Shown here in pieces: positions 11,565 to 23,344 of a stretch of 64,000 nucleotides of DNA (positions are counted from its first letter, which is position 1; each line of letters starts with the position of its first letter). The translations under genes and the position numbers were made by a program. The DNA comes from Verrucomicrobiota bacterium (GTDB taxonomy: Bacteria; Verrucomicrobiota; Verrucomicrobiia; Opitutales; Coraliomargaritaceae), in NCBI GenBank assembly GCA_039815375.1, contig JBCBZJ010000003.1:32001-96000 (forward strand), given 5' to 3'. The notes beneath the pieces were generated by a model. The model saw nothing but the letters and a program-made list of their open reading frames with translations. It was not told the origin of the DNA and did not search any database.

Positions 11565-12164
11565 TCAGTCCTGGATGGGCTTGATCTTTCCTTTGCTCAG
11601 GCGGGCGACTACATCAGGCAGTAGGCAATGCTCCGCAAAGTGCACTTTCTTCTCGAGCATCTCCAGTGTATCCGAATCTTCGATACGCACGTCTTTTTGA
11701 TCGACAATGGGGCCTGCGTCCAGTGCCGGGGTAACCCAGTGGACGGTGCAACCGGTAATCTTTACCCCGAAGTCGAAGGCATCTCTGATCCCGTTAGCTC
11801 CTTTGAAACTAGGAAGTAGGCTCGGGTGCAGGTTAATGACATGGCCATCGAAGGCTTCGATGAACTTCCCACTCAGGATACGCATGAATCCGGCCAGGAC
11901 GATGAGTTTGGGGGAGAAGCCTTGGATGCGCTCGATGAATGCTGCTTCGGCTTGATCACTCAAACGAGCACCCTTTTGCCCGGCGTCCATGTAGATGGCA
12001 GGCACTTTGAACTTTTGTCCAAGTGTTAGGATGCGGGCATCTTCAACATCGCTGATAACCGCCGCAATCTTGGCCGCTCCAAGCTTCTTGCCTGCTTCCG
12101 CTTTGAGCAGTGCTTCGGCGTTAGAGCCTCGACCTGAGCCGAGAATGACAATCGGGTAGGCCAT
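11565..12164 (-). CDS. purN: phosphoribosylglycinamide formyltransferase
   Basis: [30 protein letters not shown]-x-GPI motifs. Confidence 0.96.
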   Translation of the reverse strand: MAYPIVILGSGRGSNAEALLKAEAGKKLGAAKIAAVISDVEDARILTLGQKFKVPAIYMDAGQKGARLSDQAEAAFIERIQGFSPKLIVLAGFMRILSGKFIEAFDGHVINLHPSLLPSFKGANGIRDAFDFGVKITGCTVHWVTPALDAGPIVDQKDVRIEDSDTLEMLEKKVHFAEHCLLPDVVARLSKGKIKPIQD

Positions 12165-13318
12165 TATTTGAAGAATTTCCTGGCCTTCTCGACGAAGGAT
12201 TGGCTCACCGGGTTTGCGGGATCTCCGCAGGCTTCGGCATAATCCTCGAGCTTTGCTTTCTGTTCGCTGTTTAGTTTCGTCGGCACTTCGACTTGCACGC
12301 GAATGAGAAGATCGCCCTTGCGGCCACCACGAAGCGCGGGAATGCCTTGGTCACGCAGTCGGAAAGTCGTGCCGGTTTGTGTCCCGGAAGGAATCTTGAG
12401 TGAGCCCTTGCCAAAAAGGGTGGGCACGTCAATGGAACCGCCAAGTGCAGCAAGGGTGAATTTGATAGGCACTTCGCAGAAAAGATCATTATCGTGACGT
12501 TCGAAGAGCTCGTGCTCCTTGACGTGAATAATGATGTAAAGGTCACCAGCCTGGCCGCCCATTTGCCCGGCTTCGCCCTTACCTGCAGAACGCAGCTTCG
12601 AACCGGTCGCAACTCCGGGCGGGATACGCACCTTCACGGTGCTGCTATCCATCACGCGGCCTTCGCCACGGCAATCCGAGCAGGGGTTTTCAATCGTCTG
12701 CCCACTGCCCTGACATTCCGGACAAACCTGACGGAAACTAATAAACCCTCGGTTTGAGGTAACTTGCCCGGTGCCTCCACAGGTGGGGCAGGTGATTTTC
12801 CTTGAACCGGGCTCTGCACCGCTCCCATTACATTTGCGGCAGGTAACCGGACGTCGGTAGCGTATCTCCTTCTCGGTGCCTTTAGCGGCTTCTTCAAGGG
12901 AAATTTCCAGATCATAGCGGAGATCGGAGCCATGCATGGCACCACCACTGGAGCGGCCACCCCCGCCACCGCCGAAGAACTCTTCGAAGATACCTCCTCC
13001 CCCGCCGCCGCCGCCGAAGGCTTCCCGGAAGATATCGAAGGGGTCGTGCCCTTGAAAGCCGCCACCCCCGCCACCGGCGCGGCCCATGCCACCTTGGGTA
13101 AAGGCTGCGTGTCCATAGCGATCGTATGCAGCACGTTTCTCCTCGTCCTTTAACACATCGTAAGCTTCTGAGATCTCCTTGAATTTTGCTTCGGCTGCAG
13201 CATCGCCCGGATTTTTGTCCGGGTGGTATTTGACCGCGAGCTTGCGGTAGGCCTTCTTCAAATCGTCGGCTGAGGCATCTCGTGAGACGCCAAGTAATTC
13301 GTAGTAATCGGATTCCAT
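12164..13318 (-). CDS. dnaJ: molecular chaperone DnaJ
   Basis: J-domain HPD, G/F-rich linker, four CxxCxGxG repeats. Confidence 0.97.
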   Translation of the reverse strand: MESDYYELLGVSRDASADDLKKAYRKLAVKYHPDKNPGDAAAEAKFKEISEAYDVLKDEEKRAAYDRYGHAAFTQGGMGRAGGGGGGFQGHDPFDIFREAFGGGGGGGGIFEEFFGGGGGGRSSGGAMHGSDLRYDLEISLEEAAKGTEKEIRYRRPVTCRKCNGSGAEPGSRKITCPTCGGTGQVTSNRGFISFRQVCPECQGSGQTIENPCSDCRGEGRVMDSSTVKVRIPPGVATGSKLRSAGKGEAGQMGGQAGDLYIIIHVKEHELFERHDNDLFCEVPIKFTLAALGGSIDVPTLFGKGSLKIPSGTQTGTTFRLRDQGIPALRGGRKGDLLIRVQVEVPTKLNSEQKAKLEDYAEACGDPANPVSQSFVEKARKFFK

Positions 13319-13321
13319 GGG

Positions 13322-13912
13322 TTATTCGGCTTCTTCCTTGGCCTGGCCGCTTGAAACGACGACGCTAGCAGCGCGGATAAGACGTTCGTTGAGGCGGTAG
13401 CCAGCGCGAACGGTCTGGATGATGTGATCTTCCTCCACATCGCTCGAAGGTTGGTGGGAGATGCACTCGTGCAAATTCGGATCAAAGGCTTTGCCGTCTG
13501 GAATGAGCTCTTCAAGGCCTTGTTCGGAGAGAGATTTCTTGAGTTGATCATCGACCATTTTGAAGCCGATTGTGACATGCTTGGCCTCGGGATGGTTCTC
13601 AGCTGCCTGCAGGCCCAGCTTCATGTTGTCGAGCACCGGCAGTAGCGATTCGATTACACTGCCTGCCGCGCTGCGGATGATGTCCTGCTTGTCGCGGGCC
13701 ATGCGCTTGCGGAAGTTCTCCATGTCGGCAACTGTGCGGAGGTAGCGGGCCTTCATTTCAGTGGCTTCGGCTTGTGCCTTTTCGAGCTCTGTCAGCTTGG
13801 GTTCTGCCGATCCCTCTGCCGCCTCAGGCGCATTTTCAACTTCGACCTCCGCTGCGGACTCCGCAGCGTTTTCGTTTAATTCTTCGGTTTCTGGTGTTTC
13901 TTCGTCTTTCAT
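13322..13912 (-). CDS. grpE: nucleotide exchange factor GrpE
   Basis: [37 protein letters not shown]. Confidence 0.96.
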   Translation of the reverse strand: MKDEETPETEELNENAAESAAEVEVENAPEAAEGSAEPKLTELEKAQAEATEMKARYLRTVADMENFRKRMARDKQDIIRSAAGSVIESLLPVLDNMKLGLQAAENHPEAKHVTIGFKMVDDQLKKSLSEQGLEELIPDGKAFDPNLHECISHQPSSDVEEDHIIQTVRAGYRLNERLIRAASVVVSSGQAKEEAE

Positions 13913-14023
13913 CGCTTACTGGCGCCAGCAGTTGCCATTGCCTCTTTCAAAGTGAGCGCGGTAGTGTGGGCATAAATGCGCAGAGTTCAAGGACGCACTG
14001 GAGGCTGAATCGGCAGGCCCGGG

Positions 14024-14785
14024 CTACTTCGTGAGGACTTCCGGCCGTTGATACCAGAAACCACAGAGTTTCCGCCAGCGGACGGCAATCGGGAAGACCA
14101 TCATGAAGAGGACCCAGCCCAGAACCTGCGGGCCGGAATACCACTTCAATTTACGGGCTGAAGTCTTTGCAGGAGCGGTATGAATGATTTCAAACCTGAG
14201 ATTCCGGCAGCGACCCCATTTTTTCAGAAGGCGAGACATACGGAGTTCTTCACTGGCGTAGAGCCGTTCATCAAATCCACCCGCTCCCTCGAATGCATCC
14301 CGGCGACAGAACAGGTAGCTGCCTGCCGCGGTCTTTGTAAGCTTCGAGATTTGTTCCCAGAGGCCGATCGTGGCACGACCAATCAAGTTTGTCGCTTCCT
14401 CAAAGCGCACAACAGAGCCACCGCCTACATATTGGCCACTTTCCAGGATTTCTAAAGACTGTCGTAATAGAGAGGTATTGATGCGCGTGTCTGCATCGAC
14501 AAAAATCAAATACTGCCCCTTGCTTGCTGCCGCACCTTTATTTCGGGCACGCGCAATTTGGTTGATCGGTTCGAAAACGACCTTGTTTACACTATGTGCG
14601 GAAGCAACTTGGGAGGTATGATCCGACGAGTTGTTGTCGACGACGATAATCTCTCCCGGCATAACCTGATCGCTCATCGCCTCGCGCATGGCGCATAGGG
14701 TCGCAGGCAGCTCAAGTGCTTCATTGTAGGCCGGGATGATGATCGAGTATCTCGGCTCCAGCTGACTTTGAGGCTCAATCATCAT
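14024..14785 (-). CDS. glycosyltransferase family 2
   Basis: IIIPAYNE, VDNNSSD, ARARNKGA, FVDAD. Confidence 0.9.
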   Translation of the reverse strand: MMIEPQSQLEPRYSIIIPAYNEALELPATLCAMREAMSDQVMPGEIIVVDNNSSDHTSQVASAHSVNKVVFEPINQIARARNKGAAASKGQYLIFVDADTRINTSLLRQSLEILESGQYVGGGSVVRFEEATNLIGRATIGLWEQISKLTKTAAGSYLFCRRDAFEGAGGFDERLYASEELRMSRLLKKWGRCRNLRFEIIHTAPAKTSARKLKWYSGPQVLGWVLFMMVFPIAVRWRKLCGFWYQRPEVLTK

Positions 14786-15326
14786 CGGCAGCTTTTTCAA
14801 CGACCGGGATGTGAACCTCGAAGCGCTTCATAAATCCGGGCACATCGGGCCCGTTCCAAAAAATTGCGCGTGCGGCTCCATCAGCTTTGTGGGTTGGATG
14901 ATCGGCCAGCCAGTTCTCAAGGCTTTCCATCGCACGATTGAAATTTTGCTCCGAGTAGCTGCCTCGTGATCCAAGGCTTGCGACGAGGCGTTCGGGCAGT
15001 TCGAGGACCTCGACCTCTGCATTCGAGCTTAGGTCCCGATCTGCAGCATCGCGGCCAATGTAGAAATACATTTTTCCGGGCCTCATTTCCGCTTCGACGG
15101 GTGTTGTCATGGCGATATCGTTTTGGCTGATGTATCGAAAGAGTGGGCGGAATAGGCTGTTATTACCACCGAAGTAGTAGCCATCGCTTTGCGATACGAT
15201 CAACTTGCTGGCCGGAATGGTTTTCAGTTCGTGGGTATTTACGGCGGTTTGCGGAAAGACTTTTTCGGCGGCCGACATAACGAATGGAGTAGAGAAAATG
15301 ACAATGATGAGGATTATTGAACGCAT
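14775..15326 (-). CDS. SOUL/heme-binding family secreted protein
   Basis: Signal peptide; FRPLFRYI, IAMTTPV, WNGP...KRFEVHIPV. Confidence 0.8.
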   Translation of the reverse strand: MRSIILIIVIFSTPFVMSAAEKVFPQTAVNTHELKTIPASKLIVSQSDGYYFGGNNSLFRPLFRYISQNDIAMTTPVEAEMRPGKMYFYIGRDAADRDLSSNAEVEVLELPERLVASLGSRGSYSEQNFNRAMESLENWLADHPTHKADGAARAIFWNGPDVPGFMKRFEVHIPVVEKAADDD

Positions 15327-15412
15327 AGCCTTCAAATAATCCCCTGTAATAGGAGGTTCCTTACAATCGTTCGAGGGTTGGAATAATGTCTATCGGTGTG
15401 CATCCTGTTTAA

Positions 15413-17524
15413 ATGCGATATCGCACTTTACCTTTTGTCCTGCTAATTCTTCTTTCTGCTGTCGGTCGTGCCGAGCCCGTGCAAGCGGTTCACACAACCA
15501 TTGAACTCCTGGCTGAACAGGATGCAATTGTTCCGGGTGAGACTTTTCACTTGGCAGTTAGATTTGAACAGGAACCGAACTGGCATATTTACTGGGTGAA
15601 TCCTGGAGCAAGCGGATTGCCTCCTGAAATTACCTGGAAACTACCTGCCGGATTCGAAGTCGGTGCGATTCAATGGCCGATCCCCCAGCTTATCTCACTC
15701 GAAGGTCTTGTGAGCTATGGGTACAAGGATGTCGTGAGTTTTATTGTGCCGGTTAAGGCGCCTGCTGAGCTCAAGCCTGGAACTGTAGTTGATATTCGTG
15801 CGGAGATTTTTTACCTGATTTGCAATGAGCTCTGCCTGCCGGGCGATGCGGTTGTGGATCTGGCGCTGCCAGTTGGCAAGAGCTCTGGCCCCAGTGAGGC
15901 AACTGCTGTCTTCAAAGCTGGCCGTGCAAGTCAGCCCTCGTCTGAGATGCCTTTTGAGGTCATTGCTTCAAGGCTTGAAGAACAGACCTTGTTCGTCGAA
16001 ATCACGGGCCAGTCGCTTCCTGAGAGTTTGTACTTCTTTGCTGAAGCTGAGGGCATGATCGACCCTAATCCCGCGCAGATCTATACTGTCGAAGGGGAAG
16101 TCGCGCAGCTAGCCCTACCGATGGACTTTCTCTTTTTCGAGGGTGATAGGGTCGAGTTAGAAGGGGTGCTTGCGGGTCCTGAGACAAGCTGGCGAGTCAG
16201 TATTCCGCCACTGGGGACAACGCCTGATGTGCCGGCGGCGGATGCAAAGGCTGTCCAAACATCCGGCGGACTTGAGCAGCGCCTCCTGGACCTTGGCTTG
16301 TTCGGCTGGTTGATTCTCGCATTCTCCGGTGGCGTAATCCTAAACGTTATGCCCTGCGTCCTGCCGGTGCTTTCGCTAAAGGTCTTCTCCCTGCTCAACC
16401 ATGGCGGTCAGAGTCGTGCGCAGGCAATGGCGCATGGTATCGCCTACACTTTGGGCGTGGTCTTCAGTTTCCTCATACTGGCTGGCGTGCTTTTTGCCTT
16501 ACGAGCCTTGGGTGACAGTATCGGCTGGGGTTTCCAGTTGCAAAACCCAGGTTTCGTTCTCGTGCTCGCGGTGGTTTTTTTCCTGTTCGGCCTGAATCTG
16601 ATGGGAGTCTTTGAAATCGGTTCCAGCCTGGTCGGAGCCGATGCGAAAGTTGCCGGTCGGAAAGACCTTTTTGGATCCTTTGGAGTGGGCGTTCTGGCTG
16701 CGGTTGTCGGGGCACCTTGCGTGGGCCCTTTCGTTGGCGGCGTCAGTGGGGTGGCGCTTCAGGCCAATACGTTTACCGGCCTGCTGATCTTTACGATGCT
16801 CGGTTTCGGTATGGCTTCACCATTTCTGGTTCTTGCCGCATTTCCAAAACTGGTGGCGTATTTGCCAAAACCCGGCCTATGGATGGAGACCTTCAAACAA
16901 TCGATGGGCTTTTTGCTGATGGCAGCCTTGGTTTTTCTGGCCTATTTGCTTGGTCAGTTGGCGGGGCCTGCTGCGATTGTAGCGCTTCTTGCCCTGTTAC
17001 TTGTTGCTGCGCTGGCGGCTTGGATCTATGGGCGGTGGGCTGCCCCGGTGAAATCACCCCGAACTCGTGGCGTGGCGCGACTTGTTACTCTGGCTCTGCT
17101 TGTCACGGGAATTTTCTGGGGACTCGGCTCTGTCCGGGTGGCCTACAACAATTACGGCGGCGGCCCGAAACTCGTAGCAGAGGGTGATCCATGGGCTCCG
17201 TGGAGCAACGAAGCAGTCGAGAAGTCGTTGGCCGAAGGAAAGCCCGTCTTCGTCGATTTTACCGCAAGCTGGTGCCTGATTTGTCAGGTCAATAAAAAGT
17301 CGGCACTGCATACCGAAGCAACGCAGGAGCTTTTCGAAGAAAATGGGGTCGTCAGCCTGTCCGCAGATTGGACACGTTATGACCCCGCGATTACGGAGGA
17401 GCTGGAGAAGTTCGAACGTTCCGGTGTGCCACTTTACTTACTCTACAGCCCAAGTGGCCAAGTTTCAGTCTTACCGCAAAATTTGACGAATGGAATCGTC
17501 CGCGAAGCCGTCAAGGCTCTCTGA
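15413..17524 (+). CDS. dsbD: DsbD-family protein-disulfide reductase
   Basis: WHIYWVNPG, CNELC, NVMPCVLPVLSLK, APC, FTASWCLIC. Confidence 0.92.
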   Translation: MRYRTLPFVLLILLSAVGRAEPVQAVHTTIELLAEQDAIVPGETFHLAVRFEQEPNWHIYWVNPGASGLPPEITWKLPAGFEVGAIQWPIPQLISLEGLVSYGYKDVVSFIVPVKAPAELKPGTVVDIRAEIFYLICNELCLPGDAVVDLALPVGKSSGPSEATAVFKAGRASQPSSEMPFEVIASRLEEQTLFVEITGQSLPESLYFFAEAEGMIDPNPAQIYTVEGEVAQLALPMDFLFFEGDRVELEGVLAGPETSWRVSIPPLGTTPDVPAADAKAVQTSGGLEQRLLDLGLFGWLILAFSGGVILNVMPCVLPVLSLKVFSLLNHGGQSRAQAMAHGIAYTLGVVFSFLILAGVLFALRALGDSIGWGFQLQNPGFVLVLAVVFFLFGLNLMGVFEIGSSLVGADAKVAGRKDLFGSFGVGVLAAVVGAPCVGPFVGGVSGVALQANTFTGLLIFTMLGFGMASPFLVLAAFPKLVAYLPKPGLWMETFKQSMGFLLMAALVFLAYLLGQLAGPAAIVALLALLLVAALAAWIYGRWAAPVKSPRTRGVARLVTLALLVTGIFWGLGSVRVAYNNYGGGPKLVAEGDPWAPWSNEAVEKSLAEGKPVFVDFTASWCLICQVNKKSALHTEATQELFEENGVVSLSADWTRYDPAITEELEKFERSGVPLYLLYSPSGQVSVLPQNLTNGIVREAVKAL

Positions 17525-17578
17525 GCTCTACTGCCGAATTAGATTTGCCAAGGCTTCCCGTCAGCGTGAGAACAGGGA

Positions 17579-18607
17579 ATGTTTTACGACGAAGTAAACG
17601 TCAAATTCAAGGCGGGCAATGGTGGCGACGGCTGTTTCAGCTTTCGCCGACTCAAGTATGAGCCCAAAGGCGGTCCCGACGGTGGTGACGGCGGCCGCGG
17701 GGGCAACGTCTACGTCGTGGGTGATACCAATGTCGCAGATCTAACAGATTACCACTTTAAACCCGGTTGGAAAGCGAAGAACGGCGAGCCCGGTCGTGGG
17801 AGTGACCAACACGGCGCGAAAGGTCCGCATTTAACCTTAAAGTTACCCGTTGGCACGATCATAGTTGATCGTGAGACAGGAGATCCGGTTGCGGAAGTGC
17901 TCGAACATGGCGAGGAAGTGCTACTTTTGGAAGGGGGCGAGGGCGGCAAAGGTAATGCGCAGTTCAAATCGTCGACCAATCAAGCTCCCCGCCAATTTAC
18001 CTTGGGCAAGGCCGGCGACGAGGGTGAGTTTCGCCTCATCATCAAGACTATCGCGGACGTCGGCCTGATCGGCTTTCCCAATGCAGGCAAGTCGACCTTG
18101 CTCAACATGTTGACCAACGCCCACCCGAAAACAGGCGCTTACCCATTCACGACAATGTTTCCAACCGTTGGTGTCTTGGAGTATCCTGATCAATTCGAGC
18201 GCATTACCTTGGCGGATATTCCGGGATTGATCGAAGGAGCGAGTGAGAACAAAGGTCTCGGCCACCGTTTTCTCAAGCACGTCGAACGCTGCAAGGTGCT
18301 CCTCATTATGCTCGATATGCAGGGCACGGATGGGCGTGAGCCGCTCGGAGACTACCGGGTCCTGCTCAAGGAACTCAAGCTCTACATGCCGGGCCTTGCC
18401 CGCAAGCCGGTGCTGGTTAGCGCCAATAAGATGGATGAGCCTGATGCTCCGGATAACCTAACGGCCTTTTGTAAGAAAGTTAAAGATACCGTTTATCCTA
18501 TTTCCTGCGTATCGGATGATGGCTTTAGAGAATTGAAACAAGCGCTTCTTCAAGCAGTCCTTGAAGTTCGTAAATCTGAAGAAGCTGAAGCAGCAGATGA
18601 TGATTGA
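17579..18607 (+). CDS. obgE: GTPase ObgE/CgtA
   Basis: Gly-rich Obg domain, [22 protein letters not shown]. Confidence 0.96.
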   Translation: MFYDEVNVKFKAGNGGDGCFSFRRLKYEPKGGPDGGDGGRGGNVYVVGDTNVADLTDYHFKPGWKAKNGEPGRGSDQHGAKGPHLTLKLPVGTIIVDRETGDPVAEVLEHGEEVLLLEGGEGGKGNAQFKSSTNQAPRQFTLGKAGDEGEFRLIIKTIADVGLIGFPNAGKSTLLNMLTNAHPKTGAYPFTTMFPTVGVLEYPDQFERITLADIPGLIEGASENKGLGHRFLKHVERCKVLLIMLDMQGTDGREPLGDYRVLLKELKLYMPGLARKPVLVSANKMDEPDAPDNLTAFCKKVKDTVYPISCVSDDGFRELKQALLQAVLEVRKSEEAEAADDD

Positions 18608-20228
18608 CCTTGGCGAGGCTGCGTTTCAAGAGCGACCAGATCTATCGAGTCATCTGGCCTTGGAGAGTTTTATTGCTCTAGCTCGGCAACCTGGGCGTGA
18701 GCTCGTCGTCGATTGCACGATGCAGCGCCGTGCGATGAAGAGCGGGTTGCTCCTGGCGCTTTCCTGGGCGCTGTCACGGCGCCTGCAAGCATGGACCTCG
18801 AAGCAGCGTGTCGGTATCGTTTTTCCGCCGGGCCTTGGTGGCTACATCGCCAATCTCGCCGTTTCGCTCGCAGGCAAAGTGCCGGTAAACTTGAATTTCA
18901 CCCTTGGCCCTTCAAGTATCGATTCCTGTATCCGCCGCGCCGATATCGATTGCATCCTGACGACCGCGCGGGTGCAGCAGAAAATGCCGACTTTCCCATG
19001 GCCGGAGGAGGGTATTGTGGATCTGGTCGAAGAGTTAAAGGCTTTGCCGAAATCCAAGACGTTGGGATTGCTGGCTATGATTTATATGCTGCCGGCGAGA
19101 TGGTTGGCGAAGAGATTAAAGGTTCCATCTCAAGGTGACCGTTCGGAAGCAGGTCTGCTTTTTACCAGTGGTAGTTCAGGCGAGCCGAAGGGCGTGGCAT
19201 TGACGCATCGGAACATCCTCGGGAATTGTGCACAGATAGATATGGCGGGGTTATTGCCCGATAGCGAACGAGTGGTGGCGAACCTTCCTATTTTCCACAG
19301 CTTCGGATTTACTGTCACGCTATGGTATCCGCTGCTCCGTGGATGTCCGGTAGTGACGCTTCCTTCTCCACTTGAGGTGAAGAAGATTGCTGATGCGATT
19401 GAGGCGGAGAAGGCCACTATTCTGATTGGCACCCCAACTTTCTTTAAGCCGTATCTGAAGCGGGTCGAGCCGGAGCAACTCGCATCGCTCAAGTATATTA
19501 TTGCCGGTGCGGAAAAGACGCCCGATGGATTTGCCGATGCTTGGGAAGCGCGTTTTGGGAGCACCTATTTTGAAGGCTATGGTCTGACCGAAACGTCACC
19601 AGTAGTGAGCGTCAACCTTCCGGCACGACCAGCCGGCGTTGACTTTCCGGGCAGCTCAGAGGACGGCAATCGGCGCGGTTCTGTCGGACGGCTTCTACCT
19701 GGCCAAGCCGCGCGTATCCTGAATCCGGATACAAGAGAAGATCTCTCGCCCGAATCAACGGGTCTCTTCGTTTTAAAAGGCCCGAATGTCTTCGAGGGCT
19801 ACTTGGAAGATGTGGAACGCACGACAGAAGTGAAGGATGGCGACTGGTTTACGACTGGGGACCTTGCCCGCTTTGATCAGGATGGCTTTCTCTACATCGA
19901 AGGCCGTTTATCGAGGTTCTCGAAAATAGGCGGCGAAATGGTCCCGCATGGCACGGTGGAGCAGGCTCTGGTCGAAGCATATGACTTGCTGGACTCGGAA
20001 GTGCCTATGCTGGCGATTGGCGCGAGACCGGATGAGGCTAAGGGCGAGGTCCTCGTTTTGCTCACAGCTCTGGACATTGAAATGGAGGATATCCGCGCTA
20101 AGCTGGTGGCAGCAGGCTATCCAAATCTTTGGGTGCCGAAAGCAGTGATACGGGTGGAGGCGATCCCGACCCTCGCTACCGGTAAACTGGATTTACGTGG
20201 GATTCAAAAGCTTGTTTCGACGGACTGA
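18597..20228 (+). CDS. AMP-binding acyl-ACP synthetase (Aas C-terminal-like)
   Basis: [36 protein letters not shown]; start overlaps the obgE end. Confidence 0.88.
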   Translation: MMIDLGEAAFQERPDLSSHLALESFIALARQPGRELVVDCTMQRRAMKSGLLLALSWALSRRLQAWTSKQRVGIVFPPGLGGYIANLAVSLAGKVPVNLNFTLGPSSIDSCIRRADIDCILTTARVQQKMPTFPWPEEGIVDLVEELKALPKSKTLGLLAMIYMLPARWLAKRLKVPSQGDRSEAGLLFTSGSSGEPKGVALTHRNILGNCAQIDMAGLLPDSERVVANLPIFHSFGFTVTLWYPLLRGCPVVTLPSPLEVKKIADAIEAEKATILIGTPTFFKPYLKRVEPEQLASLKYIIAGAEKTPDGFADAWEARFGSTYFEGYGLTETSPVVSVNLPARPAGVDFPGSSEDGNRRGSVGRLLPGQAARILNPDTREDLSPESTGLFVLKGPNVFEGYLEDVERTTEVKDGDWFTTGDLARFDQDGFLYIEGRLSRFSKIGGEMVPHGTVEQALVEAYDLLDSEVPMLAIGARPDEAKGEVLVLLTALDIEMEDIRAKLVAAGYPNLWVPKAVIRVEAIPTLATGKLDLRGIQKLVSTD

Positions 20229-22528
20229 TCGGCACAGGCCCTGCGAAGCCTTGTCTGGAGATGCGTGCGGCGCACTTGTTGATCGTTATTTTTGATCGCC
20301 ATTGCATAGGCATCGAGCGAACCAACAAGATAGACCTTTGACTTTGCCCGGGTGATGCCCGTGTAAACAAGGTTTCGCTGGAGCAGAAGAAAGTGCTGTT
20401 TGAGAAGCGGTATAACGACAATGGGGTATTCGCTACCCTGGCTCTTATGGATTGAAATGGTGTAAGCGAGTTGGACGTCAGAGAGCTCACCTTTGGTGTA
20501 TTCTGCCCGGTTCTCGCCAAAGTCCACCGTGAGGCCGGACTTGTCAGGAGCGATAGCGCGGACAATACCAGTGTCTCCATTGAAGACATTCTTGTCATAG
20601 TTGTTGCGGGTCTGGATGACTTTATCGCCGATGCGAAAAGTGATGGTTCCGTATTCGACTTCGGCGGGCAGAGGCTTTCGGGTCTTCTCACGGAAGTGAG
20701 TTTGTCGTGCTGCGGTATAGTCGGGATCGGAACGTAGGCGTGATTCAGCCTTTTCCTTGGGGTTTAGGGCCTCTTGCAGCTCTGTATTCAAAATCGTGAT
20801 ACCGCCCGTTCCGCGATGCATTGGCGACATGACTTGCAGGTCTCTGATCGGGTCGATGCCGTGAGCTTTTGGAATGTAGTCACGCACAAGATATTTGATC
20901 GCGAGGAGGCACTGGTCGGCTTCTTCCGCCTCGATGAAGGTGAAATCCTTTTCCGGGTCGAGATCTCGCAGGCTGCGAAAAGTCATTCCCGGATGTGTTT
21001 CACCGTGAAGAATGGCATGGGCTGTGGTGACGATGCCGCTTTCCTTACCTTGTCGGTAAATGGTGTCGAGGCGGGTGACTTTGGCAGGCGGGGCGGTCAT
21101 GAGGTCGCCAAGAACGTTGCCGGCTCCGACGGAAGGAAGTTGATCCGCATCGCCGACGAGGAGGAGGTGGGCTCCGCTCGGGATGGCGTCAAATAGGTGG
21201 GCAGCAAGCTTTGTGTCCAGCATGCTGGCTTCATCGAGGATCAGAAAGTCGCAGGGCAGGGGCTCGTCGGCATTGTGGACAAAGCTTCGCGACGCAGCAT
21301 CGAACTTCAACAGGCGGTGGATGGTGCTTGCCGTTGCGCCGGAGGCTTCGGCGAGTCGTTGCGCGGCACGCCCTGTTGGAGATGCCAAGGCGATGCGCGC
21401 TCGTTTGGCACGAAGTATGTCGACAATCGCTCTTAGAATAGTGGTCTTCCCTGTGCCAGGGCCACCTGTGATGACGGAGGCTTTCGAGCCTAGGGTATTC
21501 TTGAGCGCAGTCCGTTGCTGCGCAGCAAGCTCGAAGCCCGCACGCTGTTCGGCCCAGTCGACGGCAGCGTCGATTTTAATGTCCGGGAGAACGGAAGCAG
21601 TTTGTTCAATGCGCGCGAGTGAGTTTGCAATGCGTTTCTCCGCGCCAGCAGTTGCGGGTAGTTGGTAGCCATCGCCCAGGTTCTGACCTGTGCTATCGAT
21701 TGCGTTGATTTTGAACAGTTTTTCGGAACGGTTCAAAGATGTGATGTATTGTTTTATCAGTCCTGGCTCCAGGGAAAGTAGACGCGTTGCTTGCTCGAGG
21801 ATCATTTCTGCAGTGCCAAGGGTATGCCCATCGTCTTCGAGCTGCTTCATGGTATGGAGAATCCCCGCTTCGATACGTTCCTTCGAGTTCGTGGGGAAGC
21901 CGAGATTTAGGGCGATCTTATCGGCGGTCTTGAATCCGATTCGGTCAATATCGTCGGCTAAGCGATAGGGCTCGTCCTGAAGGATACGCTTTGCGCTGTT
22001 ACCATATTTCTTTACGAGGCGAACGCACTGGGCGGGAGTGATGCCGTAAGTTTGCAGGAACATCATTACATCCCGCACGGCGCTTTGCTCATCCCAGGCT
22101 GCCTTGATCGACTTAGCTCGGTGCCTGCCGATGCCGGGCACTTCATGAAGGCGCCCGGATTCCTCGCTGATGATGCGAAGGGTTTCTGCTCCAAAATGCT
22201 CGACGATTTTCTTAGCGTAGGATTTCCCGATACCGTGGATCAGTCCGCTGCCGAGATATTTCCGAATGCCATGGACGGATGCAGGTAACTTCGACTGAAA
22301 ATGTGCGAATTTAAACTGTTCGCCGTGTTGGGCATGGCGCGTCCATTCACCGTCGAGTTTGAGCGTTTCACCACATTGCACGCCCGGCAGTGGACCAAGA
22401 ATGGTAGTAGGTGCCTTCCCTTCGACCGTCTGCAGCTCGGCAATACAGTAAGCGTTTTCTTCGTTGAAATAGATGATTCTTTCGAGAACCCCGGTGATGC
22501 TTTGGTCCGTTTTTGTAGGGGCCGACAT
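20204..22528 (-). CDS. recD2: ATP-dependent RecD-like DNA helicase (RecD2)
   Basis: HhH N-terminal region, [32 protein letters not shown]; start taken at MSAPT. Confidence 0.93.
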   Translation of the reverse strand: MSAPTKTDQSITGVLERIIYFNEENAYCIAELQTVEGKAPTTILGPLPGVQCGETLKLDGEWTRHAQHGEQFKFAHFQSKLPASVHGIRKYLGSGLIHGIGKSYAKKIVEHFGAETLRIISEESGRLHEVPGIGRHRAKSIKAAWDEQSAVRDVMMFLQTYGITPAQCVRLVKKYGNSAKRILQDEPYRLADDIDRIGFKTADKIALNLGFPTNSKERIEAGILHTMKQLEDDGHTLGTAEMILEQATRLLSLEPGLIKQYITSLNRSEKLFKINAIDSTGQNLGDGYQLPATAGAEKRIANSLARIEQTASVLPDIKIDAAVDWAEQRAGFELAAQQRTALKNTLGSKASVITGGPGTGKTTILRAIVDILRAKRARIALASPTGRAAQRLAEASGATASTIHRLLKFDAASRSFVHNADEPLPCDFLILDEASMLDTKLAAHLFDAIPSGAHLLLVGDADQLPSVGAGNVLGDLMTAPPAKVTRLDTIYRQGKESGIVTTAHAILHGETHPGMTFRSLRDLDPEKDFTFIEAEEADQCLLAIKYLVRDYIPKAHGIDPIRDLQVMSPMHRGTGGITILNTELQEALNPKEKAESRLRSDPDYTAARQTHFREKTRKPLPAEVEYGTITFRIGDKVIQTRNNYDKNVFNGDTGIVRAIAPDKSGLTVDFGENRAEYTKGELSDVQLAYTISIHKSQGSEYPIVVIPLLKQHFLLLQRNLVYTGITRAKSKVYLVGSLDAYAMAIKNNDQQVRRTHLQTRLRRACADQSVETSF

Positions 22529-22598
22529 GTTTTGGAATAGTGGATTTAGCTGATTTGTGCAACTGGATAGGAATCCAGTTGGACGAGGATTGACGAGC

Positions 22599-23213
22599 CT
22601 ATTTCGGGAGTGCGGCTGGTAGACCGATTGCTCCAAAATGACCGATCTTGCCCGTGCTTGTGATCTCCATGCGAACCATGAGGTAACTGGTCTCTGATTC
22701 CACAAAACTAACTGAGGGAATTACGCCTCCCTCAAACTCGATTTTCTTGGTGAGACTTTTCCAGGACGCACTGTTGACCTGCTCGAGTGTGTCCGAGGCA
22801 AGAAGCTGAAAGCTGCCTGCTGCGCTTTGATTATTCAGGTAGAAACGTGAAAGTCTGGCGGCACTTCCCAGATCAACGATATAGTTGTGCTGTCCGGTCT
22901 CGATGGTGTGAGTGAGCGCAGAGTTGTTGCTCAGCAAGATGGACTCGTCGAATTTCCCTACGTCTGGAATCTCGATGCGGCGGAACTGTCCATCTTCGAC
23001 CAGCAAGAGGTTCGCTCCCAAGTGCCATCGGGCTAGGTTGGTAGAGGGTTTGGGCAAAATTTGCACAAAATGATTTGCGGCTTGATGAGTTTGTGCAGGA
23101 AGACAAAAAATTGCGCCAAGGACCAAACCGGAAAGGCTCGGAAGACTTGTTAGTTTGCAACCGACTCGTCTTCTATGAGGCACCTTGCGATTGTCTTTTC
23201 GGAAGTCTCTCAT
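22599..23213 (-). CDS. hypothetical secreted protein, possibly galactose-binding/discoidin-like fold
   Basis: Hydrophobic leader; IVDLG...W...YLMVR pattern; start uncertain. Confidence 0.5.
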   Translation of the reverse strand: MRDFRKDNRKVPHRRRVGCKLTSLPSLSGLVLGAIFCLPAQTHQAANHFVQILPKPSTNLARWHLGANLLLVEDGQFRRIEIPDVGKFDESILLSNNSALTHTIETGQHNYIVDLGSAARLSRFYLNNQSAAGSFQLLASDTLEQVNSASWKSLTKKIEFEGGVIPSVSFVESETSYLMVRMEITSTGKIGHFGAIGLPAALPK

Positions 23214-23344
23214 CGATAATCATAGTCGACAGTATCTCAGCCATAGTGCTATAGCAAACAACTAAACGAAATCTGCGATGTTTCAGAACTACTATCATTG
23301 CCTTCGCGCCAGATTGACTGCCAAGCCAGTCTCTCGATTGTGTT

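Noticed and set aside
12955..13085. GCC/CCG-rich low-complexity repeats
   Set aside because: They encode the normal Gly/Phe-rich linker of DnaJ
22529..22705. Long N-terminal extensions in the ORF track (recD2, urtD, urtE, ureF, MFS, DUF1295)
   Set aside because: They overlap upstream genes or add non-family sequence; downstream ATGs match the expected family starts
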